Shown here: piece after piece, positions 23,281 to 34,956 of the stretch | Layout: the number at the start of each line of letters is the position of its first letter | Position numbering within the stretch: position 1 is the first letter of the stretch | Assembly: GCF_006345805.1 (NCBI RefSeq) | Contig: NW_021826212.1 | Coordinates: 1 to 36,572 of the forward strand | Direction: 5' to 3' | DNA from: Octopus sinensis | Taxonomy: Eukaryota | DNA: 36,572 nt | Program-made: the position numbers and the translations under genes | The notes under the pieces: generated by a model | What the model was told of the DNA's origin: nothing | The model's database searches: none | What the model saw: the letters and a program-made list of their open reading frames with translations, nothing else

Positions 23281-23601
23281 AAGCCGTGTGGCTCAGTGGT
23301 TAAGGTATTCCACTCACGATCATAAGCTCGTGAACTCGATTTCCGGCGGAGCGTTGCGTCCTTGAGCAAGACACTTCACTTCACGTTGTTTCAGTCCACT
23401 CAGCTGGCAAAAATGAATGGCATCTATGTTTCAATGGACCAGCTTTGTCACATGCGGTGTCAGGCTGAATCTCCCTCAGAACTACGTAAAGGATTTGCAT
23501 GTCTGTGGAGTACTCAGCCAAATACACATTAATTCCACGAACAAGCGCTTCCGTTGATTCGATCATCTGGGACCCTAACCCTCGTAATCGACAGAGTGCC
23601 A
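23281..23601 (+). mobile_element. Full-length tRNA-derived SINE (family B)
   Basis: A box TGGCTCAGTGG, degenerate B box, CCTTGAGCAAGACAC and CAGCTGGCAAAAATGA body; colinear with 10296-10566. Confidence 0.9.
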
Positions 23602-24481
23602 TTTTTTTTTTATGTAGGGCTGAATTTTTTAACGTGAACTCCCTTAACGCTTGAGATGTTGTTTATGTCATGTCTGTGCTGTTGATGGTTTTGTTGTTGT
23701 TTAACCACATGCCAACCATTAGAGAGACCTATGATCAAGAAATGCTCCAAACATAACGGTCCCGGTCCTTTTCCTAGGTTTTGCATATTTGTTTTCCACC
23801 GAAACCCTTGAGATATTACTGTTGCTGTTTAGCCACTAGTCAGCCCTGACTAAGCAAATCTATGACACTGTGTAACAAGATTTATGTCCTTGGGTAGAAA
23901 ATTCTATTTCCTATTGGCTTAGCTTCAGAAAATAGGAAAAATCGCTAATACTTCCTTCAAACCTTTCTTTTGTTATTATATTTACTCAGAGTAACTTTTG
24001 TTACTATAGTTACCCAAAGAATCTCCCTCAACACAGGCAGAAAAAACAGACAGAGAGACTATCTCTTTATAGACGAATATAATTGCAATGGGTGGAAACA
24101 AACAACAACAAATGCGTTTACCTTATAATGAATCTCTTTCAAGAGCAATCAAATGCCACTGCAACGTTGAAATCGTTACCTGTGTTAAAAAAAATACATA
24201 AAAATACTGGGAGAATTTCTAGCTTTCAGTTCATGGCATTCCAAAAGTTGTATAAATGATTAAGGGAAGAGAAAAGAAAGAAAATGGACGGACGGCGGTA
24301 ACTGCGACAACTCTAAGGGAAGAAAAACGAAAATAAGGAAAAAAAGACGGACGGTTGTGTCGACATTTTCAACTTGTTTTTTTTTTTCTTAAACGGGGAA
24401 ATGACTATTTTATTTGTAATCTTTATCATCTTAAACAAATGGCAGGAAAACAAAGTTTGAGTTGTAATATAATACAGACAG

Positions 24482-24482
<1 letters not shown>

Positions 24483-24512
<30 letters not shown>

Positions 24513-24591
24513 TGTATGTATGTATGTATGTATGTATGTATGTATGTATGTATGTATGCATGCATGTATGTATGTATGTATGTATGTATAT
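24483..24591. repeat. (TATG)n microsatellite
   Basis: Direct inspection. Confidence 0.95.
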
Positions 24592-25511
24592 CTTTTTATG
24601 TACTTAATCAGTTAAATTCTTCCTCTGAAGGAGGAGCTGGTTTCTAACAAAGATACAAAGCTCCATCTTTGGAATGTAAATAAGAAAAATAATGTCACAT
24701 TTTAAACCTGGGAAAAGTCTTGCATATTTTTACTGTTCTGCTTACAGACCGTATTTGTAATGTGCGAATCGGTTGATTTCTTTTTCTGAATTTTGAAGAT
24801 TATCCAAACTGGAGGTTTCGAAGCAGTTGTCCTTAGTTATCTTCTTTCTATTTGATTTTCAAAGAGATATTCACATCAGCCGGACAGCTGACCTCTATGA
24901 CGCTGCATACTTTTCCTTGTCTGTCCCAAGCAACAATATCAGCTCTGTTATGCTTACAATTGACAACTGTAATGGGAATGTTCTACCAGAATTCTTTGTA
25001 CAGGTATTTGTATAGGTATTCAATAACAGGGAGATTCTTTATATCTATTCCAGGACAATCTTTTTTTCGAATGGCATTGCATATAGTTTTTGCAACAACG
25101 TCGAGTCGCATATAGAGGTGCTGCTTTGATGACATTTTTGGGTAGCTGTTAATCACATGTGTGATGTTTTCCACAGAACTATGACATATTCTTCGCTTAC
25201 GGTTGTATCCTGGAACTCCAAGGGTTTCTCTGTCTTTTTTGATGATTAGATATTTAGTTGCAAACTTCTTCTTGGATTGCAAATGCACAGCCTTCGAGGT
25301 GTGATGTAGCGGTCACGAGTCCAAGTGAGGCTTTGATTCATGCCAAGTGTCACTATCTTCTTTAAGTCTACGAGAAACATACCCATGCATGGTCCTTTTT
25401 TTTGCTGAGCATTTCACTTCTAGGTCTTCTTTGAGGTACGCTAGTCCAACCAATTTTGGGTTGTATGGGAGGTCATTAGGAGGAGAATGCTTCCCTAGGA
25501 GTTCACTTCTA

Positions 25512-25512
<1 letters not shown>
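24592..25512 (-). mobile_element. 5'-truncated R4/Dong-like RLE non-LTR retrotransposon, copy 2
   Basis: TMHGYVSRRL, FATKYL, ENITHVINSYPKMSS, RLDVVAK, RADIVAWD...IEVSCPAD, GQLLRNLQ; homologous to but diverged from copy 1. Confidence 0.9.
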
Positions 25513-25542
<30 letters not shown>

Positions 25543-26045
25543 TGTATGTATGTATGTATGTATGTATGTGTGTGTGTATGTATGTATGTATGCATGTATG
25601 TATGTATGTATGTATGTATGTATGTATGTATGTATGTATGTGTGTATGTATGTATGTATGTATGCATGCATGTATGTATGTATGTATGTATGTATGTATG
25701 TATGTATGTGTATGTATGTATGTTGTATGTATGTATGTATGTTATGTATGTATGTATGTATGATGTATGTATGTATGTATGTATGTATATATGCATGCAT
25801 GTATGTATGTATGTATGTATGTATGTATGTAGTATGTATGTATGTGTATGTATGTATGTATGTATGCATGCATGTATGTATGTATGTATGTATGTATGTA
25901 TGATGTATGTATGTATGTATGTATGTATGTATTATGTATGTATGTATGTATGTATGTATGTATGTATGTGTATGTATGTATGTATGTATGTTATGTATGT
26001 ATGTATGCATGTATGTATGTATGTATGTATGTATGTATGTATGTA

Positions 26046-26076
<31 letters not shown>

Positions 26077-26167
26077 ATGTATGTATGTATGTATGCATGC
26101 ATGCATGCATGCATGTATGTATGTATGTATGTATGTATGTATGTATGTATGTATGTATGTATGTATG
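25513..26167. repeat. ~650-bp compound (TATG)n microsatellite
   Basis: Direct inspection; interrupted by TGCA and TG variants. Confidence 0.97.
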
Positions 26168-26995
26168 TCTTTTATGGCAGAAGCAGTGTTTATGCTTTGA
26201 TGTAGACTTGACTGTTATTTGGTTGGCAAGGTGTGGCTCGCACGCAAGCACGCACGCACGCACACACACATACACACATACACACATACACATGATACAT
26301 ATATACACAATAAATATTACCTTGTGCTCATGTTACAAATCATAAGGTTTTTTTTTCTCTCTCTCTCTTTTGAACCCCCAAAGCTCAAATCGAATCTCTC
26401 CACAAGCAGACGGTTATTGATCGTTAAAGAACGTATTTGATCATGTGAAAAATGTACCAAGAAAATGTTGCTGAGTTCTAACGAGTAAAGTAAAGTATCT
26501 ATTCACAGCCTGGGGGGTTCAAAAATTTCAGAGGTATACCTGGGTATAAATGTATAGCAGTCGTTTTCACCGCCAGTTTCGATCACATGTGAATCGCTAG
26601 TTTATCATGCAGGCAGACTCCATCTCAGCCAATCGGAACTTTTTGTTCACACGATAATAACTAGAACCTTATACCAACGAAGGCCTTAAAGACAGCAGCT
26701 TTTAGCGCGAAAAGCAGAGGGAATTCGGATTTCGTTGAATCGGTCTCTAGTGAATTTCCTCTCTTATATCTGTTTTCACAGATTCATACTCAAAACAGCG
26801 CGATTCTTCTTATAGCTATTTTTCACATCTCTTTATCCAACCCTGTGATAGAGGAAGAATCAACGCGATCATACACAATTGTAGCAATGTAAAAAATCAG
26901 CTTAATTATCGATTATCTCTTCAAGATCTCTGGCACCCGTAAAACACGATATTCATATATGATCGACTCTGTCTGAATGGCTTGAAGCCTTGTAA

Positions 26996-27868
26996 TATGA
27001 GGCGGTATCAAAAGGTTCTCGGACTAGTTATGTTTAATAAAAAATAACTTATTTACCTAAGTTTTAACATCATGTCCTTCAAAATAGTCATCTTACAACA
27101 TACCGGTCCCAGCGTTCTTGCCACTTTTGGAATCCAGCCTGGAAGTCGTTTTCCGTAAGCAAGTCGAGGACCTTCCACGATTCGCTCTGCGTCTCGACAA
27201 CGGTGTTAAAACGGGAATCTTTGAACTGCATTTTCATCTTGGGGAAGAGACGGAAGTCCGCTGGTGCTAAACGTGGCGAATAGGACGGGTGTGGAAGCGA
27301 TACTATGTTGTTTTTTTAGCGAGAAACTCTCGAGTGAGGAGAGTGCGGTGACAGGGTGCATTGAAGTCGTGAAGAATCCAGATTTTCGCGCTCCACAGGT
27401 CCGGTCGCTTTCACTGAATGTCCTCCTCCCTCAAACGCTTCAAAATGTCGCTGTAGAACTTTTGATTGACTGTCTGACCCTGGAGGATTCTCGATATACC
27501 ATACCGCGGATGTCGAAAAAAGAAAAAAACCCATGAGCATGCTCTTGATTGAACTGCGGCTCTATTGTGCACCCGTGCCATTCGAAACATTGCATACGAC
27601 CCATTGCCTCGTCGCCGTAAGCTTACCGAAGCACATTCAATATCTTTGTAGCAGACTTCCTAAGTTTAACGCAAGATTTCATGTTGGCTCTTTGTTCCAA
27701 CTTCCTCTCCATCACAAAGATCGCAAACAACATGATCACAGAAACATAAATTTCAAAAATTTGCGATGTATACACAGCGATGTTTTTCGGCACACTGCTT
27801 CATGAAGGTCACTGCTAGCTGTCACTGCACACGCAGCAGTGAGCTGCCATCTGTTGGCGCGCCACTAG
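26996..27868 (-). mobile_element. Internally deleted mariner element (remnant 3)
   Basis: ATG at 27712 (MERKLEQRANMKSCVKL..FEWH) joins directly to SRSSIKSML..FFDIRG. The catalytic region reads WILHDFNA and LPHPSYSPRLAPADFRLFPKMK. One TIR, TA-TGAGGCGGTATCAAAAGGTTCTCGGACT, lies at 26996; the other end is eroded. Confidence 0.9.
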
Positions 27869-28310
27869 CAATAAATGATGTGTATAAACTGGCACCAAGT
27901 CTTTGTCCTAACCACGCTACCTATGTTCACTCAAAGCGACATTGATGACTACAGGAACCTACGTCACAGTTTATAGTCCTCAACTCTACATATTCGTCAA
28001 TTCACTACCTACCATTTGTCTGTTTGTCCGCTAGCACCACAGCACTTGTCGATCTATTATCGCCACACCAACCTTCGACACTCTTATTTGGTTAATCCCT
28101 GCCATATCCCTTTGAACATTCAAACGCAATACTCAAGATATGGCACGAACTTTCGACACTGCTATCCAGTTACCCGCTACCTCATCCATTTGTCTACCAA
28201 GAATGCCAATGACACATTCTGTTATGAACCGTCCATCCTCTCAATTGGTTATCCGTTACCATATTCCAGTATTCATCTAAACTGCAATGCTAATGTCGCT
28301 ATGATACAAA

Positions 28311-28676
28311 GTCCATCCCCTCCCCACCGAGGTGGGGACGCTGGCAACGGGTAGTGTCAGAGCTTTGTCGCCGGGAACTTCGGTTCCTGCTAGGGCCACT
28401 CAAGGCGGATTGGTCTGACACCGAGTGGTATTAGGGCCACTGGTGAAAATCCTCGGTGTGTCTGTTTCGGCAACCGACGGCTCCTCGGTTGTTCTGTCCC
28501 TGCGTCTGCGGACAATCTGCGGCAAACAGGATGTCTCTACATGCGGGATTGTCGGGGACCGCTTGTGAAATCCACATATTCCCACGAATCTTCTTCTACC
28601 GCATCGAGGGTGGTAGAAGAAGCCGACTCAACCCGCCCAGGGTGAATGTCGCCACAAGTACAAGTAAGTAAGTAAG
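28311..28676 (+). mobile_element. 5'-truncated non-LTR retroposon with (AAGT)n tail and 11-bp TSD (RTE-like by tail type)
   Basis: TSD TATGATACAAA at 28300-28310 and 28677-28687; GC-rich body; tail CAAGTACAAGTAAGTAAGTAAG. Confidence 0.82.
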
Positions 28677-28854
28677 TATGATACAAACCCATGACATTCT
28701 CATCTGCATAAACGCTACCCTATCTCCCCGTTCATTTAAGAGACATAATGCTAATAAAAAGCCATGAACTTTCAACCCGCTCGCCTGGTTTACTGCGAAC
28801 CGATTCGTTTAGCCATCAAAAACAATACCAACAGCACAAAACATCAACATTTTC

Positions 28855-29950
28855 GGCTGGTGCTTGTCGGTATTCTTATCTACACATCCAATGACATAGA
28901 CAAAAACAGGCAAAAACCATGCGACATGAATTCTTGATTTATTACCATTTTCTCTGTTCTGGAAAAGGTATTGTGATTACCAAATGATAATTAAAACCAA
29001 CTCTATTCGAGAAGAAGAGATAATTTCAAGATACAAGAATTCTCCAAAGTTGGCATTCCATAAAGGAAAAGGACAGGTTTATCGTCTGGAGATAAGAAGA
29101 CAATCATAGATGCGTGTTTCTGTCTGAATAGTCCTCATCAGAACGACAATTATCCAACCTTATTTCCGATAGCCAAAAGAATTATGCAAAAAGACATAGA
29201 ACACATTTATGGCCAAGGTAATTTGCATAATTTAAACAGATTGAACTAAAATAAATAATTCGGGCCGGTTTGTGGCATTTATTTGAATAACATTGACAAA
29301 TACAGGCATATTAAATTCCATGCAATATGATTTTTCTTGATTTGTTAAAAATATCTCCGCGCTAGAAGATATATCATAATTACAAAATGGCAATTAAAGA
29401 CCAGCTCCATTGGAGAAGAGGAGATAATTTCAAGATTCAAAAATTCTTCGAACATGAACATGCTATTAAGGAAAAGGAGAAGCTTTTTGTGTAGAGGTCA
29501 GAGGTCAGTCGTCGACACGTGTTCATGGTTCCTTGCATACGTATGTGAAATTCACGAAACATTTGTAAAGACCAGCTTCTAAATAAGGCAGTCTGCAGAC
29601 CAGCTATATTTAGTCAACTTAAGAAGATACATCCAATAGAACGACTGATCGACTTTTATCTTGTTGACGAAGAAGAGAGAAAAATAAACACGAGCAAGAA
29701 GGGAAGAGCTTTGTGATTCATATTCATTGTAATGGAGGAAAAATTGATTAGACGTGAGACCGCAGGCAAGCAGAGTGGGTTTTCACACCTCATAACTTTT
29801 GTGTCTCTGTAACAAAAGAAGGAGTTATTTCCTGTATGACTCCAACAACCGGAAGTTGCTTATAATCGATGAACTTCAAACTCGATTCAATAACCAATCA
29901 GCAAACATTGATTTGTTCTGATGAGAGGAATTGTAGTAATGTTTGCTTAG
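28855..29950 (+). pseudogene. Decayed coding-like region containing a ~404-bp internal duplication, family unknown
   Basis: Paralogous peptides KTNSIREEEIISRYKNS (28993-29043) and KTSSIGEEEIISRFKNS (29397-29447) differ mostly at synonymous sites. Stops and frameshifts occur throughout. The region ends at AG|GTAAGT (29951). Confidence 0.5.
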
Positions 29951-29965
29951 GTAAGTATTTATACA

Positions 29966-30058
<93 letters not shown>

Positions 30059-30117
30059 TAGTTATGTATCCATTTATGTGTATGTATATATGTATGTATA
30101 TATACTTGTGTGCGTAT

Positions 30118-30150
<33 letters not shown>

Positions 30151-30221
30151 CACGCAAACATGATTATATATTATGCATGTATACACGCACACAAGCATAC
30201 ACACACACATATATTTGTCAT

Positions 30222-30284
<63 letters not shown>

Positions 30285-30471
30285 AATGATGATGGTGATG
30301 ATGATGATGGTGATAATCTTGATCAGCATCATTATTATTATTACTGCTGCCATTGCTTCTATTGTTGCCGTTTTTGTTGCTGTTGTTGCTTATCACCTTT
30401 ACTCGCTCAAATATTATCGTCTCAAATTGTTGGTCGCAGATATAAAACGTTTAATATTTCTTTACATAAAC

Positions 30472-30640
30472 CCGAGGGGTTGGCAGAATTAGAAAATCCT
30501 ATCCTCAAATCACATACAATATTTAACTACGGCTCTACGTTTTGAGTTCAAATTCCACCGGAGAGGAGCTGACCTTTCCTCTCTCCGAGACTTGATAAAA
30601 TAGAATACCAGTCATATACTGGGATTGATTTAATCTAATA
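30472..30640 (+). mobile_element. Highly diverged SINE (family E)
   Basis: TGGCAGAATT...CTACGTTTTGAGTTCAAATTCCACCG similar to 19584-19775. Confidence 0.65.
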
Positions 30641-30730
30641 TACTCTTCTATAAAATATGTAGTCTGGTATATGTGTTTCAGATCTATATTATATTTAAAA
30701 CCGGTGTGTATAGTATATATAATGTGTATA

Positions 30731-30820
30731 GATTCTAGCTTCGGCTGTACATATACAAAAAAATTGGAACGATACGGAGAAGATTAGTATGGCCCTCTGC
30801 ACAAGGATGACACGCAAATT
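30731..30820 (+). pseudogene. 3'-truncated U6 snRNA pseudogene
   Basis: GCTTCGGC..ACATATAC..AAAATTGGAACGATACGGAGAAGATTAGTATGGCCC..GCACAAGGATGACACGCAAATT matches U6 nt ~1-88. ACAGAGA is mutated to ACGGAGA and the catalytic AGC to AGT. The 3' CGTGAAGCGTTCCATATTTT is missing. Confidence 0.92.
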
Positions 30821-30829
30821 AAGATCAAG

Positions 30830-31651
30830 TGATACTCTCTCTCAAACCCCCATCTTTTGCACAGTTTCCAATGTAGCACTTTCGCTATCTAGTCGGGTCG
30901 CCACACCTTGTAATGCTTTTGGGCAAGTCTAGGGCATTCGTTCGTGATATGGGAAATGGTTTCATCCACTCTATTGCAGATGTGGCAACCTTGCTCATTC
31001 CTCAGGTTGACCCTTCTGTTCGTGATCAAAGCTTGGTCCTGCTCTGCCAGTATAGTGCTCTCGGTTTCCTTTTTTAGGGTTCCTTTCATCAGCCAATCCC
31101 ACCTATGTTTTCCATCAACTTCTCTTGTGGCTACATGGAATTGATTGTGTTGTCCCTTGTTGCGTAATTCTTCTTCATGTCCTTCTTGCAATTCTTCCTT
31201 TGTTTTTCTTCTTTTTTTTCTCTGCTCTCAATACTCTCTCCTTCCTAACTGTCGCTAGCAGTGTTTTTTTTTTTTTACTTTGGGCTAGGTATCTCATTAC
31301 GCTCTCGAGTTCGATACGCATGCAGTCTTCCACACTTATCCGTCCCTTTCCTCCATTTGCTCTCTTCATGTATAGGCAGTCAGTGTCTGCACATGGATGA
31401 TGGGCTCCATGCATCGTTAGCAGCTTTCTTAACATCCGGTCCATCTCCTTTAGCTCCTCCTCTGCTCACTTCAGGATTCTAGCGCCATACCAAACCACTG
31501 TAACTGCGCGCGACTTTATTGCCGAAATTATGTTTCTGGCATCCAGCTTTGAAGTCAATATTTTTCTCACTCGCCGCCAGTATTCTGTTCTTATCGTTTC
31601 CTTCATGTCGTGGTGTTTGATTCCATCTGCTTCAAGTATTCCCAGGTATTT
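30830..31651 (-). mobile_element. R4/Dong-clade RLE non-LTR retrotransposon internal fragment (RT end to zinc knuckle), both ends truncated
   Basis: KYLGILEADGIK, RKLLTMHGAHHPCADTDCLYMKRANGGKG, WLMKGTLKKETE, CHICNRVDETISHITNECPRLAQ (CCHC), RPD*IAKVLHWKLC. A different family from copies 1 and 2. Confidence 0.92.
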
Positions 31652-32009
31652 GGTGAGAAATAACAATTCAAAAAGAGCGAATGCCATCTACGTTTCTTTA
31701 CATTCTCATTTCAAGCGTTACCAGAATCTATATAAAGTTCTGAGTTCCTCACTAAAGCGTTCAGTGGTTTTCATGCTTCTGGGTCTATTATCTATACTCC
31801 TGGTTATATACTGAGTGCGATGCACAATGGTGTATGTATTGCTCTTGCTGCTGTTGTTCTCAAGAGCATTTTGGGGATCCAGAGGCTGCTTTGCACGCAG
31901 TAAATTATTTCGCATCTTTTGTTAGGTTCTGAGTGTAAATCCTGCCAATGAAGTAAAAAAAAAGGGGGGAAGCAAGGAGTTGAGACCTCTGATAGAAATG
32001 ATATTGTTG

Positions 32010-32476
32010 ATGATGATGATAACGACGACGACAGTTATGATTGTGATGGTGGTTGGTGATTGAGGTGGTTGTAATACCAACAAAAGGAGCGCCGAGGATT
32101 AGCGAATGTAATGAGGAAACTGATTGTGTTAGTATCAAAGATAATGCTGACGATAAGAATGAGGATAATAATTATGACGATGACGATGATAATGATGATG
32201 ATGATGATGATGATGACGATGATGACGATAACGCTGACGACGATGGTGGAGGTGGTGATGGCGGTCGTGATGATGATGATGATGATGATGATGATGGTGA
32301 TGATGGTGAAGATAGCAACAACAAAGTGAACACCACCATTAATAAGAGTGAGAATGACAACGACGACGACGACGACGACGACGACGATGATGATGATGAT
32401 GATGACGATAACGATAACGTTGACGACGATGGCGGAGGTGGTGGTGGTGGTCGTGATGATGATGATGATGATGATA

Positions 32477-32509
<33 letters not shown>

Positions 32510-32598
32510 CGACGGTTTTCATAATAACGATTTCGGCTACAACACCAATGACAATAACGACAATGGCGATGATAATGACGACGACGACGACGATAATA

Positions 32599-32636
<38 letters not shown>

Positions 32637-33175
32637 TTACAATGCTGTTGTTGTTGCTGCTGCTGTTTATGGTGATGCTGATGACGATAAATAATTAAAG
32701 AGATAGAGATTAATGAATGACAATGCATCTTATCAAACACTTGTAATTTAGCGAACGATTTTAATAGATTCCACACAAATCAATATTGATGGTCATGGCG
32801 GCGACGACGGCGATAGTGGTGATGGTGATGATGAATGTGATAAGACAGAAAACGACCATTATGGCGATAGTAATGATGGTGATGCTGTTGTTGGTGATGG
32901 TGATGATGATGATGGTGGTGGTTGTGATGAGGAATTTGATAGCTAGTAAAGAAACGTTAGAGTGATAGTAATGATGGTGGTGGTGGTGGTAGCGGTGGTG
33001 GTGATGGTTATGGTGGCGGCGAGATGATGATGATGAGGGTGATGGTGGAGGTATTGGTGACGATGATGACGATGATAATGTTGACGATGATGAAAATGAT
33101 GATGATGATGGTGATGATCAAGATGATGATGATGATCAAGATGATAATGATAATGATGATGATGATGATGATAAA
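32010..33175. repeat. Compound (GAT)/(GAC)/(GGT) trinucleotide region with an internal ~185-bp-spaced duplication
   Basis: Direct inspection; GATAACGYTGACGACGATGGYGGAGGTGGTG...GGTCGTGATGAT occurs twice (~32227 and ~32413). Confidence 0.9.
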
Positions 33176-33289
33176 TGTTGTTTTTATCTCTCCCTATGTT
33201 CCTTTTTTTTAATTGTAATTTGTTTTTGTTTATGCATTCTTTATTTTATTTCTGTTCTTTTATCAAATTAATACGTCAATATTCATGCA

Positions 33290-34185
33290 CCGCCGCCGCC
33301 GCCGCCATCGCAAGCAGCAGCAACACCACCACCACCACCACCACCACAACAACAACAACAACCACTTCTACCACCACCTGCACCGCTAGTACTACTACTG
33401 TTACTGCTGCTGTCGGCGAAAATCCTGATAATGACAGTACTTATACTACCGCTGCTGCTGCTGTTGATGTTGATGATGATGATGGTAATGATTATGATAA
33501 TGATTATGGTGATTATTATGGTGATCATGTTCACGACAAAAATGATGGGTGCCATATTTAAGCCGTTTCAGCGAGGGTGGGCGAGGGTGTATCGATGTGG
33601 TCGGAAGGTGGTCATGTTAGGAAGGAGGGACATTTTGGGGTTAAGCTCCAGTCAAAAAGGCTTTACCGAAACATTCCGTCATCGCTTCCCAATTCCCTGA
33701 ACGACGACAACGACGAAATCCCAGCCACGCCACCCTCGCCACTACTACAACCACTACTACCCCTACTATTATCACCACCAACGCATAAACAACAACCACC
33801 ACCACCGATACCACAACTACCACTACCAACACAATCACCACTGATACCACCACCACAACCTGCAACCACTATCACAACAAACACCGCAACAAGAACAACA
33901 AACATCACCACTAATATCACAGCTACAGCTACCACCACCACCACCACCACCACCACCACCATCATCACCACCACCATCATCACCACCACCACCACCAACA
34001 ACAACAATAACATCAACAACACAATCACCACCAGTACCATCGTAGCCATCACCAATGCAATCACTCCTTCACCGCCCACCCCACCAAAACCCCCACCACT
34101 ACCACCCTCACCCCCAATACCACCACCACCACCACCACCACCACCACCACCACAGCCACCGCTACCACCACCGCCACCATCCTTC
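33290..34185. repeat. Compound (CAC)/(CAA)/(GAT) trinucleotide region
   Basis: Direct inspection. Confidence 0.88.
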
Positions 34186-34635
34186 AGTTCTCAATTCAGC
34201 CTCTTGTAGTTTTTCAGCTTGCATTAAATAATTTACGCCTCTAGAGGGCAGCAATGTATGTGATAATTATTTTAATGAAAATATTAATAAATAAATGAAT
34301 ATATAAGCAACAAATAAAAACATTACCCCTCCCCATTCAAGGGAAAACATAAACAAAAACAAGGGAAGAAAACCTCAAAATAAGAAAAAGAAAAACAATA
34401 AAAACAACATACATTCCTAAAAAAATTTACAAAATAAAGTCCAAAGCTTAAGCGAAAAGGTTAAACGAAATTCATTCATTATATGTGTGTATGTACGCAT
34501 CTATGTATGCATGCATACGTGTATGTATGCGTGTGTGCATGTATGTATGCATGCATACGTGTGTGTATGTATAGATATATATTTATCTGTACATGTGTGT
34601 GTGTATATTTGTATATTTGTGTATGCTACTATACG

Positions 34636-34669
<34 letters not shown>

Positions 34670-34898
34670 CATACATACACACTCACATATATGCGTATGT
34701 GTGTTTGTGTGTGTGTGTGTGTGTAGCCTGCACATTATTATATCAAACGAGTGATCAAGTTCCTACCACCTCCACCCCTTTCCCCACCCTTTCGCTGATC
34801 TTGAATCGAACTGTAAGAGCAAAACCACAATTTAACACCAAATATATACTAAAAAAGTGTCGGAATAATAAAACAATAAAATAAGAAAGAAAAGACTC

Positions 34899-34956
<58 letters not shown>

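Noticed and set aside
29105-29145. Minus-strand CUGAUGAGGAC...GAAAC hammerhead-like words (also CUGAUGA at ~4480)
   Set aside because: Stem II cannot pair and there is no stem I/III closure.
30690-30730. TATA-like sequences upstream of the U6 fragment suggesting a real U6 gene
   Set aside because: The context is AT-rich, no PSE is recognisable, and the U6 copy lacks its 3' end and has mutated ACAGAGA and AGC.
32053-32694. 213-aa Asp-rich ORF reminiscent of molluscan acidic biomineralisation proteins
   Set aside because: Made of GAT/GAC/GGT microsatellites like many others here, with no signal peptide. Other frames and strands are also open, and poly-Met/Thr tracts appear in frame, so it is best explained as simple repeats.
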